Assembly (NCBI GenBank): GCA_965221165.1
Contig: CBDCRP010000002.1
Coordinates: 288,001-352,000, forward strand
Direction: 5' to 3'
DNA length: 64,000 bases
DNA from: a bacterium
GTDB lineage: Bacteria; UBA8248
Shown here: one piece after another, positions 55,497 to 64,000 of the stretch
How positions within the stretch are numbered: the stretch's first letter is position 1
Layout of the letters: the number at the start of each line of letters is the position of its first letter
Position numbers and translations under genes: made by a program
Notes under the pieces: model-generated
What the model was told of the DNA's origin: nothing
What the model saw: only the letters and a program-made list of their open reading frames with translations
Databases searched by the model: none

Positions 55497-56558
55497 TCAA
55501 GAGAACATGGGCACTTTGAGTTCGTCCGCAATTTCCGCCACCTGTTCCCACACGCCATCGCCCACCGGAATTCCTTCTCGCAGCCTTCTCTCTTTTTCTC
55601 TGAAACTCCGCTCCCCCGGCACACGAATCTCTTCTACTCCAGCGGCCCTGCGCGTATTCTTGACCTCGGTGACGTGGGCATCCACCATCTCTCTAAAAAT
55701 TTTTGGATCTCCAAAAGCCGAAGGGTCGATGGCGATGAACAAATCCCCCTTGTCGTAATGTCCATCACGCACCGATTGGGTGAGCGGCTTGCCGACTTTG
55801 GCTCCGAGCAAAGGCCCCGCCAATAGTCCGATCAACAGGCAAAGACCATAACCCTTGTGGCCCCCGAAAGGCGCAACCGCGCCCGCGGCGGCCGTTTTGG
55901 CATCCGTCGTCGGCTCCCCATCCGGCCCTACCGCCACGCCTTCGGGAATCGGATCTCCCGTCACGCTCGCCTTCAAGATCATCCCGAAAGGAATCGCACT
56001 CGTCGCAAAATCGAGAAGAACGGGCTCATCCGCACTCCTGGGAACGGCAATCGAAAAAGGGTTCGTGCCCAAAAGGCGCTCCACTCCTCCAAAGGGATGA
56101 ACAAGCGGCTGCGTGAGGCCGGTGACGATTCCCACGCAACCGGCCCGGGCAATGCGCTCCGCGTAATAGCCCGCCATGCAGATATGATCGCTGTTCACGA
56201 CGCCCACGGTGCAGGAACCCGCTTTTTCCGCCTTTCTGGCCGCCAGACTCGCCCCGTAAGTCGCACCCACGGGCCCCATGGCGCGGTCGCCCTCCACCAA
56301 CGCGGTCGCCTCCCGCTCGTTCACGATATGGGGCTTGGCCCGGGCGTCAATCATTCCGCTCTGGATTCTTCTGATCATGTTCGGCAGGCGAATCAGACCG
56401 TGGGTGGAATATCCCCTCAGATCGGCTTCTATCAATACATCGGCCGTCGTCATCGATCCTTCGTACGAACAACCCACGGCCGCCAGAATGCGCTCCATCA
56501 AATCGCGCAGGGCGTCCGCGTTGACGATGCGCTCTTCGTTTTGACTCATGTGCGACAA
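55497..56558 (-). CDS. Ldh_2 family oxidoreductase (malate/L-lactate/ureidoglycolate dehydrogenase-like)
   Basis: ADLRG..THG, DHI.M..YY, GTNPFS, DFATS, GGHKGYGL, VPGE. Confidence 0.92.
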   Translation of the reverse strand: MSHMSQNEERIVNADALRDLMERILAAVGCSYEGSMTTADVLIEADLRGYSTHGLIRLPNMIRRIQSGMIDARAKPHIVNEREATALVEGDRAMGPVGATYGASLAARKAEKAGSCTVGVVNSDHICMAGYYAERIARAGCVGIVTGLTQPLVHPFGGVERLLGTNPFSIAVPRSADEPVLLDFATSAIPFGMILKASVTGDPIPEGVAVGPDGEPTTDAKTAAAGAVAPFGGHKGYGLCLLIGLLAGPLLGAKVGKPLTQSVRDGHYDKGDLFIAIDPSAFGDPKIFREMVDAHVTEVKNTRRAAGVEEIRVPGERSFREKERRLREGIPVGDGVWEQVAEIADELKVPMFS

Positions 56559-56566
56559 AACCTTTC

Positions 56567-57076
56567 TTACAGATCGGGGTTGGGAGCAGAAACGCTCGGC
56601 TTCGTTACGCGCATCATCCAGCAGTAGATTTCTATCCGGTTTCCATCCGGGTCCAGAAAGTAGAACGCATGGCTCCCGCTTCCCCCGATGAATCCGTTCT
56701 CATCCAGTCCTTCATGCGCATGCACATAGGGGCCGGAGACGAACTCCACGCCGCAGGATTTCACATGTTCCTGGGCATGCAGCCAGTCTTCCCGGTCATC
56801 CACCTCAAAAGCGACATGGTGCAGCCCCACGTCTGTTCGATGCTCGGAGTCCGACGTCGTCAAACCTGCTTTCACGGCGTCTTCCGCCAACTCGAAAAGG
56901 ACCACCGTGTGGTGCTTCTCTGCGCAGCGCATAAAACAAATCGGCCGGAAAAAATCGGGCGGACCCCATTTCCCCGTCAGCTTCAGACCCACCACATCTC
57001 GATAAAACTGAATGGAACGCTCCACGTCACTCACGTGGATTCCGATGTGGCCAAGCCGCGCGATATTACAACCCAT
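56567..57076 (-). CDS. VOC family protein (extradiol dioxygenase-like)
   Basis: LGHIGI.V.D, HH.V.L, GLHHVAFEV, FYFLDPDGNRIE. Confidence 0.88.
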   Translation of the reverse strand: MGCNIARLGHIGIHVSDVERSIQFYRDVVGLKLTGKWGPPDFFRPICFMRCAEKHHTVVLFELAEDAVKAGLTTSDSEHRTDVGLHHVAFEVDDREDWLHAQEHVKSCGVEFVSGPYVHAHEGLDENGFIGGSGSHAFYFLDPDGNRIEIYCWMMRVTKPSVSAPNPDL

Positions 57077-57222
57077 GCCTTCTTCTCCCGAGACGAATGT
57101 AGTGCAGAAAAAAACAGTTTGCCTTTAAGAGTTCGCCATCATACCATGCCTGCGTTTGGTTGGCGCACGCGAGTCCATATTCGTATTTCTGCCGCTTCAT
57201 ACCTCGATGAAAGGCCATTTGA

Positions 57223-58050
57223 ATGCCTAAAAAACCGGGTTTTACAGCAGTTTTACTTTTGGGAGCAATGGTATTCACCAGTGTTTTCCTGCTTCCATCT
57301 GCCAACAGTCAAAAGGACAAAAACCCTGCAACCGCGCTCGCTTCTCAGGAATCAAATCCGAATGAAACGCCCGCCCCCATGCTCTTGGCGCAAAACGTCG
57401 ATAAGGAGCGCATCGAAAAAATCATCAGAGAATACCTCATCAAAAACCCCGAAGTGCTCGAGGAGGCCATCCGGGCCTTACAGGCAAAGCGCCAAGCACA
57501 ACGCCAGGCCGCGGCCCAGACCTCTATTCAGAAACTCAGAAAACAAATCTATGAGGACCCCGGAGACCCCGTGGGCGGAAACCCCAACGGGGACGTGACG
57601 ATTGTGGAGTTTTTCGATTACCGGTGCGGGTTTTGCAAACGGGTGGCCCCCGTCGTGGAAGAAGCGCTCGCGAAAGACAAGAAAATCCGGATCGTCTACA
57701 AGGAGTTCCCCGTCCTGGGCCCAAATTCCGTATTGGCGGCCCGGGCGGCGCTCGCCTCGCGCGCGCAGGGCAAATACATAGCTTTCCACAAGGCCCTCAT
57801 CAAGGCCAGAATCTCTTATGATGAAGCGAGCATCATGAAAATCGCCGCCACCGTGGGCATCGACACGGCCCGCCTTAAGAAAGACATGCGGTCGCCTCGA
57901 ATCCAGGCCCAGCTCGATAAGAACCGCGCCCTGGCGCGCTCCCTGGGCATACGCGGCACACCCGCCTTCATCATAGGAAAACAACTCTTCCCTGGCGCGC
58001 TCACGCCGGACCGGCTTGCCGGCATGATTCAAGCGGCGAGAAAGAATTAA
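57223..58050 (+). CDS. DsbA family (Com1-like) thiol-disulfide oxidoreductase
   Basis: Signal-like N-terminus, EYLIKNPEVL, EFFDYRCGFCK, KEFPVLG, GTPAF. Confidence 0.92.
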   Translation: MPKKPGFTAVLLLGAMVFTSVFLLPSANSQKDKNPATALASQESNPNETPAPMLLAQNVDKERIEKIIREYLIKNPEVLEEAIRALQAKRQAQRQAAAQTSIQKLRKQIYEDPGDPVGGNPNGDVTIVEFFDYRCGFCKRVAPVVEEALAKDKKIRIVYKEFPVLGPNSVLAARAALASRAQGKYIAFHKALIKARISYDEASIMKIAATVGIDTARLKKDMRSPRIQAQLDKNRALARSLGIRGTPAFIIGKQLFPGALTPDRLAGMIQAARKN

Positions 58051-58054
58051 AACG

Positions 58055-58087
58055 AAAAAAAGCCCCGGAGATAACTCTCCGGGGCTT
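58055..58087 (-). terminator. Intrinsic terminator
   Basis: AAGCCCCGGAGA/TCTCCGGGGCTT stem with T-tract on the minus strand, between convergent genes. Confidence 0.8.
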
Positions 58088-58102
58088 GCGGACTACAAAA
58101 AC

Positions 58103-58555
58103 TCAGTCCACCGTCACCGAGCCCATCAACATTCTGCGGTAATCCCACCATTTCCACTTTTTGGGCACCATCGTGATCCGCACGCGTATTTTTTGCGCAA
58201 TGGGCGTATTGACGTAATTCGCCCACATCTCCGGCCCGAAGAAGTGATCCACCACGCTTTTCAACCCCTCGTGGTCGGTTCCCATCACCTCGGAGATCTG
58301 CGCCTCTCCCTCCACGACAACGGCGCGGAAAGGAGCTTCGGAATCATCGATGCAAATCGAAAACGCCGGATTTTTTCTCAAATTCCTCACCGAAACGGAA
58401 TCTTCCCCCGTGCTGATGAAAAAACTTGCGTCATCGGGATAGAACAGATACAAAAGCGGGATGACGTGCGGCGAACCGTCCGGATTCGTGCTGGCGATTC
58501 TCGCCATATGCGGTTCCAGTAAAAATTCATCCATCTCCGTTGGGCGTTCGGCCAT
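58103..58555 (-). CDS. Pyridoxamine 5'-phosphate oxidase family (split-barrel flavin-binding) protein
   Basis: RIASTNPDGSPHVIP, RNLRKNP, VVVEGEA. Confidence 0.85.
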   Translation of the reverse strand: MAERPTEMDEFLLEPHMARIASTNPDGSPHVIPLLYLFYPDDASFFISTGEDSVSVRNLRKNPAFSICIDDSEAPFRAVVVEGEAQISEVMGTDHEGLKSVVDHFFGPEMWANYVNTPIAQKIRVRITMVPKKWKWWDYRRMLMGSVTVD

Positions 58556-58690
58556 TTCCCGTCTCCTCTCGAAAAGTCATGATGCTATGAATAATGTGTA
58601 TCTCATTGTTATTTCTGAAATTCCTCATCCCTTCCATCAGCAGAGCCAACGCTCCGTCTGCAAAATAGCTTCAAATGATAACGGAGTCAT

Positions 58691-61303
58691 CTAGCCTTTC
58701 ACAATGAGGTTCACCAAGCGGCCCGGCACGACGATGTGTTTTATGATTTCCTTGTCGCCTATATAGCCTGCCGTGACGGTTTCCGCTTTTTCTTTCAGCT
58801 CCTCCTCCGGCGCATCCGGCAGCGCCATGAACGTGCGCCTCGTTTTTCCGTTCACCTGTACGGCGAATTCTTTCTCCTCGGCGGCGATGGCCGCCTCATC
58901 CACTTCCGGCCACGACTCTCGAAAAAGACTCACCTCTCCTTTGCCCGCTCCCAAAGCCGCCCAGAGTTCCTCCGCCACGTGGGGGGCCATGGGCGCCATG
59001 CAGCAAAGCAGAATTTCCGCCGTTTCGCGTTGAACCGCATCTTCGGCCCCGGTCTCTGCGCGCAGCGACGTGGCCAACTCCATGATGCGCGCCACCGCCG
59101 TGTTGAAAGAAAATGAGTTTTCATAGACTTCCGTCACAGCCTTCAAGGTGGCATGGGCGTCGCGCCTGAGTTTTCTTCCCGAAGCGGACAGCCTGCACCC
59201 GTCTCCGGAATAGGATTCGGATTCGCGCCAGTCCCCAAGCCGCTCCGCAAACGTGAGCCAAAGCCTTTGCAAGAACCGGTGCACGCCAATCAAACCATCA
59301 TCGCGCCATTCCTTCGCTCGCTCGGGAGGGCCGATGAACAACGTATACAGCCGACCCGCATCCGCCCCGAATTTTCCCGTGCATTCTTCGATCGAGACCC
59401 CGTTCATCTTCGATTTGCTCATCGAGGCCATCTCGGCGACCACCTTTTGACCGGCCCCGTAGCCGCTGCCGCTGGGGCCATCGGCCGTAACGACCAGAGA
59501 TTCCTCATCCACATCCTGATAAGGCACCCAGACGCGGCCACGCGCCTCGGTCACATGATAGGCCATCCTGCACACCATTCCCTGGGTGAAGAGGTTCTCA
59601 AACGGCTCTTCAAAAGAGACGAGCCCGAGATCGTAGAGCACTTTTGTGAAAAACCGGGAGTAAAGCAGGTGCATCACCGCATGTTCCGCCCCCCCGATGT
59701 ACTGCGTCACCGGCAGCCAGCGATTCACGTTTTGCGACTGAAATACGGCGTCATCATCACGGGGGCTGACGTAACGCAGGTAATACCAGGATGAATCCAC
59801 AAAAGTATCCATCGTGTCCGTCTCACGGCGGGCGGGCCTACCGGTTTTCGGGCTGATGACGTTCACGAAATCCTCGCTCTGGTCCAGGGGGTTCCCCCCC
59901 CGACCCGTGAACTCGACATCGCGCGGGTGCATGACGGGCAGATGATCGTCCGGCACCGGGGTCACGCTCCCGTCTTCCTCATAAATGACGGGAATAGGCA
60001 CTCCCCAATAGCGCTGCCGCGAAATGAGCCAGTCTCTCAGCCGCCAGTTGATGGTCTTGTCGCCAAAACCCTTTTCCGCGAAATAATCGATCATCCTGGG
60101 ATATGCTTCGCGGTTCGGCTGCCCGTCAAAAGGCCCGGAATTCTCCATCACGCCATCTTCGATGTATGCCTCCTCCATCGTGGCGCCATCGAGCCCCCCT
60201 TCTGGATGCTGAATAACCACTTTGACGGGAATGCCGTATTTTCTCGCAAAAAGAAAATCGCGCTGATCGTGCGCAGGAACACCCATCACGATGCCCGTGC
60301 CGTATTCCATCAGCGCGTAATCGGCCACAAGCAGGGGCACGCGATCTCCATTGACCGGGTTGATGACGAGATGACCCGTGTCGACACCCGTCTTTTCACT
60401 CTCCTCGCTCATCCGGTCCGCGGCGCTTTGGGCCTGCATGGCGTCCACGGCTTCTCGAATGGCATCCGCACGGGGGTTCCCCTCCAGCAATTGATCGATA
60501 ACGGGATGCTCGGGCGCACAGACCATGAAGGTGACGCCATAGACGGTATCCGGCCTCGTGGTGAAGACCGAGAACGTCTCGCCGGTCGTTTCGAGCCTGA
60601 AATCGATTCGCGCGCCCTCGCTGCGCCCCAGCCAGTTCCTTTGTTGCTGCTTGACGTGCTCGGGCCAGCCGACGAGGCCATCCAGATCATCGAGCAAGCG
60701 CTGCGCATAATCCGTAATCTTCAGGAACCACTGACTGAGCCAGCGTTTTTCCACCTTTGCGCCGCTGCGCCAGGCGATACCGTCGTGGATCTGTTCGTTC
60801 GCGAGAACCGTGCCATCCACCGGGTCCCAATTGACGAGGGCTTCTCGCTTATACGCCAGGCCGTTCTCGAGCATTTTGAGGAAAATCCACTGCGTCCATT
60901 TGTAATAGCCCGGATGCGCGGTGGAAATCTCTCGCGGCCAGTCATAGGCGAGACCCGCCATGCGAAGCTGGCGTCTCATGTTGTCGACGTTTTTTTGGGT
61001 CCAGGCGGCGGGATGCGCGCCGGCATTGATGGCGGCGTTCTCCGCAGGCAGACCCAAGGCATCCCAGCCCATCGGGTGTAAGACCTCGAAGCCGCGCATC
61101 TTGCGGTAGCGGCTAATGGCGTCGCCCATCGTGTAGTTACAGGCGTGGCCCATGTGCAGATCGCCCGATGGGTAGGGAAACATCATCAAGGAATAATAGG
61201 TAGGTTTATCTCCGGGATGATCGGAGGTCTCGAATATCTTCTCCTCCGCCCAAAGATTCTGCCATTTCGCCTCATAACTGGATGGACTATAATCGCCGAG
61301 CAT
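58691..61303 (-). CDS. leuS: Leucine--tRNA ligase
   Basis: MFPYPSG.LHMGH, GWDALGLPAEN, TTRPDT, DWLISRQRYWG, DTMDTF, MSKSK, VQVNGK. Start may be 61303 or 61315. Confidence 0.97.
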   Translation of the reverse strand: MLGDYSPSSYEAKWQNLWAEEKIFETSDHPGDKPTYYSLMMFPYPSGDLHMGHACNYTMGDAISRYRKMRGFEVLHPMGWDALGLPAENAAINAGAHPAAWTQKNVDNMRRQLRMAGLAYDWPREISTAHPGYYKWTQWIFLKMLENGLAYKREALVNWDPVDGTVLANEQIHDGIAWRSGAKVEKRWLSQWFLKITDYAQRLLDDLDGLVGWPEHVKQQQRNWLGRSEGARIDFRLETTGETFSVFTTRPDTVYGVTFMVCAPEHPVIDQLLEGNPRADAIREAVDAMQAQSAADRMSEESEKTGVDTGHLVINPVNGDRVPLLVADYALMEYGTGIVMGVPAHDQRDFLFARKYGIPVKVVIQHPEGGLDGATMEEAYIEDGVMENSGPFDGQPNREAYPRMIDYFAEKGFGDKTINWRLRDWLISRQRYWGVPIPVIYEEDGSVTPVPDDHLPVMHPRDVEFTGRGGNPLDQSEDFVNVISPKTGRPARRETDTMDTFVDSSWYYLRYVSPRDDDAVFQSQNVNRWLPVTQYIGGAEHAVMHLLYSRFFTKVLYDLGLVSFEEPFENLFTQGMVCRMAYHVTEARGRVWVPYQDVDEESLVVTADGPSGSGYGAGQKVVAEMASMSKSKMNGVSIEECTGKFGADAGRLYTLFIGPPERAKEWRDDGLIGVHRFLQRLWLTFAERLGDWRESESYSGDGCRLSASGRKLRRDAHATLKAVTEVYENSFSFNTAVARIMELATSLRAETGAEDAVQRETAEILLCCMAPMAPHVAEELWAALGAGKGEVSLFRESWPEVDEAAIAAEEKEFAVQVNGKTRRTFMALPDAPEEELKEKAETVTAGYIGDKEIIKHIVVPGRLVNLIVKG

Positions 61304-61380
61304 GGATTTCCTCAATTCTTCGGTATGTGTCTCTGAAATCTCCAGGCAGGCGATCCGCCTGCTTCAAAAGATTTGCTATT

Positions 61381-61803
61381 TTATAGATGTGGCCCCTCCC
61401 CGATGGGCGCGGCCTCTTCCCTAATCTTCTCGAGAATTTCAGGCGGAATGCGTCGTGGTTTTCCGCCCGCATCGGTTCTCGCATGAAGCGTATAGCCTTT
61501 CACCAAAATATGCCCCTCTTGCTCCACTAGATAATCAATCCGGACGCGGACGCCCTCGGGCTCTCTGAACCAGCCGGTGACTTTGACCTCGCCGTCATAC
61601 CGGGCGCCTTCCTTATACCGGCAGTGGCTCTCCACCACGGGAAAGAAAATCCCGCGCTCTTCGAGTTGCCCGTAGGGAAATCCGATTTTACGAAAATACT
61701 CCGTTCTGAGCTGCTCGAACCATACATAATAGACCGAGTGGTGCACCACGCCCATCTGGTCGGTTTCGGCATACCTTACACGAAAATCGATGGAAAGAGC
61801 CAA
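61381..61803 (-). CDS. Acyl-CoA thioesterase (YbgC/4HBT family)
   Basis: RVRYAETDQMGVVHHSVY..WFE..R. Confidence 0.92.
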   Translation of the reverse strand: MALSIDFRVRYAETDQMGVVHHSVYYVWFEQLRTEYFRKIGFPYGQLEERGIFFPVVESHCRYKEGARYDGEVKVTGWFREPEGVRVRIDYLVEQEGHILVKGYTLHARTDAGGKPRRIPPEILEKIREEAAPIGEGPHL

Positions 61804-61823
61804 GCGGACAAACCTATGGTTGG

Positions 61824-63200
61824 TTATGAAAAAAGAAACAAACGAGCGATGTTAAAGTAAATCAAAAGCCCCAGTACATCGACACCAGTCGTGACAAACG
61901 GCCCTGTCGCCACGGCGGGGTCCACCCGAAAACGATGAAGCAGCAACGGCAAAAACGATGCCAGAAGGGCAGAGAACATCATCACCACACATATCGCAAG
62001 CCCCACGACGAAACCCAGCCAGGCGACTGAGGAGAACTGATACGTCGCCAACAATCCCAACAACAGGCCGTAACAAACGCCCAGAAGCGTCCCGACGGTC
62101 ACCTCTTTCGAGATGACGCGAAGCCATGATTTGGGATCGATGCGTCCTGTCGCCAAGCCACGCACCACGATGGTGGCGCTTTGGGTGCCCACGTTGCCCG
62201 CCATGCCGATGATCACCGGCATGAACGCGGCGAGAGCCACGACCTTGCTCAACTCGTCTGAATACTGATGGATCAACTGAGCGGCGAGAATACCGCCCAG
62301 CCAACTGAAAAACAGCCAGGGCAAACGAATCCATGCAAGACGCCTGGCGGAAAGCGACGTCACCTCATCCTGATAGGAATGCGTTCCCGCCATCTTCAAG
62401 ATGTCCTCGGTCGCTTCTTCTCTAATTACGTCGAGTACGTCATCCACCGTTATGATTCCGACCAGAAGATTGTCGTCATCCACTACTGGAATGGCCAAAA
62501 TGTTGTATCGCGAGACAAGACGTGCGATGTGCTCCTGGTCGGCATGCACGTTCTCGCTCCAGACATTGGTGATCATGATTTCAGACAAGGGCTTGGACGG
62601 GTCCGCCAACAAGAGTTGCCGCAGTGTAATCACCCCTCTCAGGCAACCATTGGAGTCTATGACGTACACATAGAAAATGTAGTCCACCTCGCTGGCCTTC
62701 CTGACCTGGGAGATGGCTTCATTAACCGTGAGTTCCTCATGAAGGGCCACATAGGAATCCGTCATGATGGCGCCGGCGGTTTGCGGCAGATACGCCATCA
62801 TGTCCTGTATCGCCTCTGTTTCCGGCGCATCGAGGAGCGCGACTATTTCCTGGGAACGCTCCTCGGGCAGGGTCTCCAGAATATATCTCGCGTCGTCGCT
62901 GTCCAATTCCTTGATGAGTGGAATAACGTCTTCGTTCGCCACCGGCTCCAGGAGTTCCCGGACGATGTGGGAGTCCGATTCCGTCAGAATGGAGGCCCGG
63001 TGTTCCTGGTTTCGAACCAGGGAAAACGCCTCCTGGCGTTCTTCGGGCAGGAAATGCTGAAAAATCTGCGCCACTTCGGCTGCGTGCATTTTTTCCAGCG
63101 CATTGGAAAGATTGGCACTGGCCTTGTGTCTCAAGAGCCGGCGCACCATGTCTTCTACGCGAAGAAGTCTCGGATCACGCTCGTTCACCATGGTTTGCAC
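61824..63200 (-). CDS. mgtE: Magnesium transporter MgtE
   Basis: TAGAIM, CBS pair, GIITVDD, RLPWL, GMAGNVGTQ, DPAVATGPFVTT..D. Confidence 0.96.
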   Translation of the reverse strand: MQTMVNERDPRLLRVEDMVRRLLRHKASANLSNALEKMHAAEVAQIFQHFLPEERQEAFSLVRNQEHRASILTESDSHIVRELLEPVANEDVIPLIKELDSDDARYILETLPEERSQEIVALLDAPETEAIQDMMAYLPQTAGAIMTDSYVALHEELTVNEAISQVRKASEVDYIFYVYVIDSNGCLRGVITLRQLLLADPSKPLSEIMITNVWSENVHADQEHIARLVSRYNILAIPVVDDDNLLVGIITVDDVLDVIREEATEDILKMAGTHSYQDEVTSLSARRLAWIRLPWLFFSWLGGILAAQLIHQYSDELSKVVALAAFMPVIIGMAGNVGTQSATIVVRGLATGRIDPKSWLRVISKEVTVGTLLGVCYGLLLGLLATYQFSSVAWLGFVVGLAICVVMMFSALLASFLPLLLHRFRVDPAVATGPFVTTGVDVLGLLIYFNIARLFLFS

Positions 63201-63389
63201 TCCAGGAAATCACGCAAACACAGCGTCCAAAAGGGCGTAGAGTCTATTGGACACCTTTGGGAGTGTCAATCATCTTGTGTTACGGGCAAACTTGGCATAT
63301 CTTGGTAGCGAATTGTCGTTGACGCCACCGAGATATTGATAGGCGCAGCCATCATCCTATCGCCCGTCCACTCTGGGGAGTACCTCACT

Positions 63390-64000
63390 ATCGCTAGACT
63401 TCATGGTCGCCTCACCGGGCTGAAGCCTAAGCAAATGAAGGTCTTGGAAAGACTTTACCGCCGGAAAATACCCCCCAACCAATTCATTCACTTAGAACTC
63501 GGTCGTGAATTGGCGCTCCTGTCTCATGAAATCTCGCGTCAGATTGGACTGCTCATTGATCGACTAGGCGTAGTGCGCTACGTGATCATCGGCGATGCGA
63601 AGGGAATCGAAATACCGGAACTAGGCCGCGCACGGGCCGGGATGGCCAGATTCAGAGGCCTTCGGTGCGTTCATACACACTTGAACGCCTCCCCGCTGTC
63701 CCAGGAAGACCTGACGGATATGGCCCTTTTGCGCCTCGACGCCATGGGGGCCATCGAAGTATTGGGGGACGGTAATACGGGCCGCTTCCACTTGGCCCAC
63801 ATCACTCCTCGGCCTCCTGCCGAAAATGAACTAGACAACGGCCACTCGACATTTATGGAGAATCGCACTCCCTGGGAAATTCAGTCATTCCCCAACCTGG
63901 AATCGAATCGGATTAACATCGAAGTTCTCATCAACTCCCTCGAAAATGAATTCGCCCGCCTTCAAAAATCATCCATCCAGCTCGAAGAGGGAGAGCGCGC
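63390..64000 (+). CDS. hflX: GTPase HflX, N-terminal part (runs off the window)
   Basis: Manual translation: GLKPKQ..LERLYRR...SHEISRQIGLLIDR.G...VIIGD...RFRGLRCVHTH...LSQEDLTDMALLRLD, the N-terminal extension of long-form HflX. The GTPase domain is not in the window. Confidence 0.8.
   Translation, partial: MARLHGRLTGLKPKQMKVLERLYRRKIPPNQFIHLELGRELALLSHEISRQIGLLIDRLGVVRYVIIGDAKGIEIPELGRARAGMARFRGLRCVHTHLNASPLSQEDLTDMALLRLDAMGAIEVLGDGNTGRFHLAHITPRPPAENELDNGHSTFMENRTPWEIQSFPNLESNRINIEVLINSLENEFARLQKSSIQLEEGER

Overview
GC-rich bacterial chromosomal window, densely coding, with no rRNA, tRNA, CRISPR array, integrase or transposase that I could see. Housekeeping genes (mnmA, leuA, rsmD, pepA, mqnD, leuS, mgtE, partial hflX, HIT, yqgE) alternate with many catabolic paralogs: four MmgE/PrpD proteins, a PrpB-like lyase, a 2-oxoacid dehydrogenase E1a/E1b/E2 set linked to a CitE-type lyase, an amidohydrolase plus AtzD/barbiturase-family pair, glcDEF, four MFS transporters, three VOC proteins and three cupins. 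Main items not explained by the ORF track: (1) a deiodinase-like selenoprotein split at an in-frame UGA with a SECIS-like hairpin 11 nt downstream (33386-34024); (2) a stand-alone small transcription unit with consensus sigma70 promoter, RBS, 31-codon ORF, GGA motifs and terminator (22479-22717); (3) a lower-GC DUF4062-like/HEAT-repeat gene, a candidate defence gene (5042-7507); (4) an AT-rich DnaA-box cluster (12241-12446); (5) helically phased 10-bp repeats (4543-4681); (6) a MITE-like element with 17-bp terminal inverted repeats; (7) a probable ATC start for hflX; (8) an AtzD/barbiturase enzyme with a hybrid active site. All family assignments come from motif recognition by eye; no database search was run.
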